Position numbers and translations under genes: made by a program | Part shown: piece after piece, positions 16,932 through 64,000 of the stretch | How positions within the stretch are numbered: the stretch's first letter is position 1 | Layout: the number at the start of each line of letters is the position of its first letter | Source: the human T2T-CHM13v2.0 reference genome, Homo sapiens | NCBI RefSeq assembly: GCF_009914755.1 | Contig: NC_060936.1 | Reading direction: 5' to 3' (one strand) | Length of the DNA: 64,000 bases | The notes under the pieces: generated by a model | Database searches by the model: none | Told to the model about the DNA's origin: nothing | What the model saw: only the letters and a program-made list of their open reading frames with translations

Positions 16932-17368
16932 GAAGTAACTTCCGTTAAGGTCAGAGCAGATAGTCAAACCTAGATCTGACTGAAGGCTAATGAGGTCTCC
17001 ATTATAACATGCTGCATCTTAGAGAAAGAGATCACTGGAGATAAGACAAATCCCACCCTTTCGGATTACAAGTTTCAGTTTATACCAGTAATGATTTTTT
17101 ATGGATAGGAAAGTGACCAGATATTGGTAGGATAAGAAAAATCTTTTAAGTGTTTTAAATGATTTTAGATTTTAGATTCCTTTTTACTGGGTTGCCTCTC
17201 CAGAGACAGGTGATATTCTTAGATTGACTATGTTGATTGTTCTTGTGAAGGATTTTGTGGTTAGATTATTAAGACTTAAGTCTTCAGGGCTTTAGTACTT
17301 ATTACTATGAAGGGCTTAGGGTCCAGGCCTTAATTCATGAGTATATTCACTGTTTCACCTTTGTTCAC

Positions 17369-17466
17369 CTATATTCCAGACATCAGGGTCAGGAATCTGT
17401 CAGCATTAGAAAGTTTTTAATTTAGTCCTAAACTTGGAGAAATAACCTTTGGAAGATTAAATGGCT
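17369..17466 (-). pseudogene. GTSF2-like exon C
   Basis: ctttatttcag|AG CCA TTT AAT CTT CCA AAG GTT...; TAA at 17417-17419; 98 nt (1-nt frameshift); ends PDPDVWNI G|gtgaac, resembling the GTSF1L PDIWNVD motif. Confidence 0.82.
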
Positions 17467-17651
17467 CTGAAATAAAGCAGACCACAAGTTATAGAATTAG
17501 AGTAGGAACTTATTTTTGTTTTTTCTTCCTCTTGTTTGTAAGGCTTCCATAGCTATGCGATATTGGAGTGGGAAAGGAAGCGACAGAATTTTATGCCACT
17601 TATCTGCTCCCAAAATGAAAAACTTACCATCATCTAGAGCAGTTCTGTTGA

Positions 17652-17977
<326 letters not shown>

Positions 17978-18059
17978 TCCTTGAGCCTTTTTATTGGGAC
18001 CACATGACTAGCATTATTTTTTCAGTTAGCCATCATTTTAACTATCTTTGGATTTTTCT

Positions 18060-19898
18060 TTTTTTTTTTTTTTTATTGATCATTCTTGGGTGTTTCTCAC
18101 AGAGGGGGATTTGGCAGGGTCATAGGACAATAGTGGAGGGAAGGTCAGCAGATAAACAAGTGAACAAAGGTCTCTGGTTTTCCTAGGCAGAGGACCCTGC
18201 GGCCTTCCGCAGTGTTTGTGTCCCTGGGTACTTGAGATTAGGGAGTGGTGATGACTCTTAACGAGCATGCTGCCTTCAAGCATCTGTTTAACAAAGCACA
18301 TCTTGCACTGCCCTTAATCCATTTAACCCTGAGTGGACACAGCACATGTTTCAGAGAGCACGGTGTTGGGGGTAAGGTCACAGATCAACAGGATGCCAAG
18401 GCAGAAGAATTTTTCTTAGTACAGAACAAAATGAAAAGTCTCCCATGTCTACTTCTTTCTATACAGACATGGCAACCATCCGATTTCTCAATCTTTTCCC
18501 CACCTTTTCCCCCTTTCTATTCCACAAAACGGCCATTGTCATCCTGGCCCGTTCTCAATGAGCTGTTGGGTACACCTCCCAGATGGGGTGGTGGCCGGGC
18601 AGAGGGGCTCCTCACTTGCCAGTAGGGGCGGCCGGGCAGAGGCGCCCCTCACCTCCCGGACGGGGCGGCTGGCCGGGCGGGGGGCTGACCCCCCCCACCT
18701 CCCTCTCGGACAGGGCGGCTGGCCGGGCGGGGCGCTGACCCCCCCACCTCCCTCCCGGATGGGGCGGCTGGCCGGGCAGGGGGCTGAGCCCCCCACCTCC
18801 CTCCCGGACGGGGCGGCTGGCCGCGCAGACGGGCTCCTCACTTCCCAGTAGGGGCGGCCGGGCAGAGGCGCCCCTCACCTCCCGGACGGGGCGGCTGGCC
18901 GGGCCGGGGGCTGACCCCCCCACCTCCCTCCCGGACGGGGCGGCTGGCCTGGCGGGGGTTGACCCCCACCTCCCTCCCGGACGGGTGGCTGCCGGGCGGA
19001 GACGCTCCTCACTTCCCAACGGGGTGGCTGCGGGGCGGAGGGACTCCTCACTTCTCAGACGGGGCGGCTGCCGGGCAGAGGGGCCCCTCACTTCTCAGAC
19101 GGGGCGGTTGCCAGGCAGAAGGTCTCCTCACTTCTCAGATGGGGCGGCCGGGCAGAGACGCTCCTCACCTCCCTGACGGGGTCGCGGCCGGGCAGAGGCG
19201 CTCCTCACATCCCAGACGGGGCGGTGGGGCAGAGGCGCTGCCCACATCTCAGACGATGGGCGGCCGGGCAGAGACGCTCCTCACTTCCTAGATGGGATGG
19301 CGGCCGGGCAGAGAGGCTCCTCACTTTCCAGACTGGGCAGCCAGGCAGAGGGGCTCCTCACATCCCAGACGATGGGCGGCCAGGCAGAGACGCTCCTCAC
19401 TTCCCAGACGGGGTGGCGGCCCGGCAGAGGCTGCAATCTCAGCACTTTGGGAGGCCAAGGCAGGCGGCTGGGAGGTGGAGGTTGTAGCTAGCCGAGATCA
19501 CGCCACTGCACTCCAGCCTGGGCACCATTGAGCACTGAGTGAACGAGACTCGGTCTGCAATCCCGGCACCTCGAGAGGCCGAGGCTGGCGGATCACTCGC
19601 GGTTAGGAGCTGGAGACCAGCCCGGCCAACACAGCGAAACCCCGTCTCCACCAAAAAAATACGAAAACCAGTCAGGCGTGGCGGCGCGCGCCCGCAATTG
19701 CAGGCACTCGGCAGGCTGAGGCAGGAGAATCAGGCAGGGAGGTTGCAGTGAGCCGAGATGGCAGCAGTACAGTCCAGCTTCCGCTCGGCATCAGAGGGAG
19801 ACCGTGGAAAGAGAGGGAGAGGGAGACCGTGGGGAGAGGGAGAGGGAGAGGGAGACCGTGGGGAGAGGGAGAGGGAGAGGGAGAGGGAGAGGGAGAGA
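18060..19898 (-). mobile_element. Full-length SVA retrotransposon (probably SVA_C/D type)
   Basis: Minus strand order: (CCCTCT)n hexamer ~19898-19795, antisense Alu-like region, GC-rich VNTR ~19420-18580, SINE-R, AATAAA (18072-18077), poly(A); TSD atctttggatttttct (18044-18059) / atctttgatttttct (19899-19913). Confidence 0.96.
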
Positions 19899-19931
19899 AT
19901 CTTTGATTTTTCTAGAAGGAAAAAGTTCTAG

Positions 19932-20771
<840 letters not shown>

Positions 20772-21019
20772 TTATATTGTCAAAACAAAAGTAATATGAA
20801 AGATAGGAGTATCTCAAGTCTTACCTATGAAAGTTTCGAGTAACCAAAGCAATAGCCTAGCCAGTTAGACAGTAGGGGAAATTCACTGCTTCCATGCAAA
20901 AAATTAACGTTTGTATATATTTTTAGTCTTATAAGTTGTGTTAGATAGAGTGCTTGTCTCTCAAATAAAGTATTAAACAGGCAAAGGTCCTTGGAAAACT
21001 CAGTCTGGAGTAAGATGAA

Positions 21020-24356
<3,337 letters not shown>

Positions 24357-25334
24357 TAGTTCCATTTTTAAACCTAGAGTTTTTCTTTATGAGTGTCAAA
24401 TAGAATCCACAGAAAGTGACATAACAAGCTCACTACACACTCAAAGATCAAAATTTTACTTTACTGTTGACATTCCTAATCCAATGTAGCAGGTCTTGAA
24501 CCAAATGTTTACATATGCCATATTATTTCATCAGTTCCACAGTCGTATGAGGGATTACCACCATTTTATAGATTAGGAAACAACTCAATGGTGATAGATA
24601 GCTAAAGTTACAAAGCTAGTAAGTGTTTAGCATTATTAATATTAATTGAGGTAATACATGTAAGCTTGAGTGCTTATAGTACTTCAAATGCTTTACATGT
24701 ACAGAGTAAGTAACTAGGCTATAACTTTTAAAATATGCACAATAGCTCCGTGAAATAGGAAGTATTATCAATATCATCTTTATTTTACAGACAGGATAAA
24801 TAGGATGTGAACTCAAGATATCTGGTTCCAGAACCTGGGCTCTCGGTCACTAAATCATAAGGCTCAGCCCACTGTACTCAACTACACTTGAGCCAAATTC
24901 TGTCTGATAACAGCAGGTAGGCTTTTCGCATATACCAAGTACAGGGGAATAAGTGTTTCCAGGTTTCAACAATCTTTTGGTTCAGCTGGCTAGGCAGTAT
25001 TATATGAAATGGGCAGTTAAGGACAGAACCTGATTTAGATGTAAAGTATGTGGTATAGACCAAGTGTTGTGGGAGTTCGGCAAAACCTAGACTTGGGACT
25101 ATTGAGCTAGATCCTGAAGATTGACTAGGATTTGGGTAAGCAAGAAGGAAAGCATGCGTAAGTGAAGTCAGAGAGGCAGACATGAACATAGCACATTCAC
25201 AGCAGGCTGAGAAGATGGTCCCCACCAAGTTGGGGAGTATCCATTAAGGAGCAGGAAACAAGATTAGCTTGGGATGCAGAGTCTTCAACCACACTTTCAG
25301 GATAAAGACAAGAAATTCAAGTGAGGTGGCTCAC

Positions 25335-28059
<2,725 letters not shown>

Positions 28060-28079
28060 TGAAAGCCTGTCCTTCTCCT

Positions 28080-62844
<34,765 letters not shown>

Positions 62845-64000
62845 TAGAATCTAATTAGGAGACTTTTGTTGTTGAAAAGGAGGTAGCTAGGATCTTGTAA
62901 GGGAGAGCGGGTTCTGAAGAACACCATAGGGATAAGGGCGAGGGTTTGAATAGGAAAACTGGTCAGATGAATATTCTTGGAGAGAAAGAGCAGAGCTGGC
63001 AAGATGTAGGGGGATGGAGAGAAGTGGGAGGCTGGGAGACACTATGAGGGTTGGGGAGACATTACTGGAGGGGGAGGGGTAAGACCTAGGATAGTATCTG
63101 TAGGTTTTCACCTGATATGAGCACTGTGCAAATTAGATAAACTATGTGCAAACAAGTCCGCTCTTTAGTCTTGAGGTTAGGTACTGTTTATAGGAAGATT
63201 TGTTCCTTTCATTCCCACCCACCCTGCCTGCCCTCAGTCTTTTCTTTTCCTGGCCTTTTCTTCCTCCCATCCTTAAGCTTTCTGGTTCCTCTATGTCTGT
63301 TTCACCTGCCTCAGACCCCCATTTACTACAGGAGATGGTGAGAGGAAGAAGGGCTTCCACAGACAATATAAGTTAAGCATCCATTTCCCACCCATCTCCC
63401 ACCTTTGAGTCATCTTGTCTTTTGAATCATCTGGAACTAAGAAGTATGCTATGGCAGGAAATACAGCTAGAGCCTAGGAATAGAATCCTTCAAATGCATA
63501 GGGCAGGCTCCTTCTCTTATAATTGATTCCTTTAATGGAGAGTGGTCTGTGTTAAGAGGAAACTAGTTAGCAGGAAGAATTAAAGTTATGTGTTAAGAAA
63601 ATCTTCATTACTTTGAGATCAAAAGAGTTGTGAAATTTCCACCTCTATCTGCCTAAAATCATGAGGGGCAAGTGACTGTGGGGGCAGTGAGGGGGCAGTG
63701 TTTCACTAGGATAGCTGCCCCTCTTGAAAGATCTTTGATTTTAAGCTGAGCCTGGGTTTCTGGCACCTGCTGATGTTGGTCCAAATGCTCTAGGCTGTCA
63801 GGAGCTTGTCTAGCTGATATCTCCTGGGTAGCTCCAATCTTTAGGCTCTGCCTGCCTGTGAAAATAAGCAGGTAGGGGCAGAGAGGGAGGATGGCCTGTC
63901 CATCAGAGATGCTGTTACTGCCTCAGAGGAGCAAGAAGATTAGAAGAAGAAAAGATAAAATCCCTTCAACCATCCCTTTCTTCCTCCAGAAAACCTCATG

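Overview
Human/hominid genomic DNA, Alu-rich, containing the GTSF1-NCKAP1L interval (recognised from the encoded proteins; human 12q13). Left: 5' end of GTSF1 on the minus strand (non-coding exon 1 ending at 4123; exon 2 at 1811-1855 with the ATG, MEETY). Right: coding exons 1-26 of NCKAP1L (HEM1, haematopoietic WAVE-complex subunit) on the plus strand. I assembled these by hand into an open 2862-nt (954-codon) partial CDS that includes two GC-AG introns; the gene continues past the window. Main discovery: between the two genes (~14.4-20.7 kb, minus strand) lies a complete six-coding-exon, intron-containing fossil of a GTSF1/GTSF1L-family double CHHC zinc-finger gene, most likely the dead primate orthologue of mouse Gtsf2. 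It carries a codon deletion in ZnF1, a Cys-to-stop in ZnF2, four frameshifts and three destroyed splice sites. Its ZnF2 exon is split twice, by an AluY and by a full-length SVA, both with readable target-site duplications. The rest is SINE/LINE/LTR/DNA-transposon sequence and microsatellites. Repeat boundaries are approximate, and comparisons with reference proteins and repeat consensi are from memory, not from a search.
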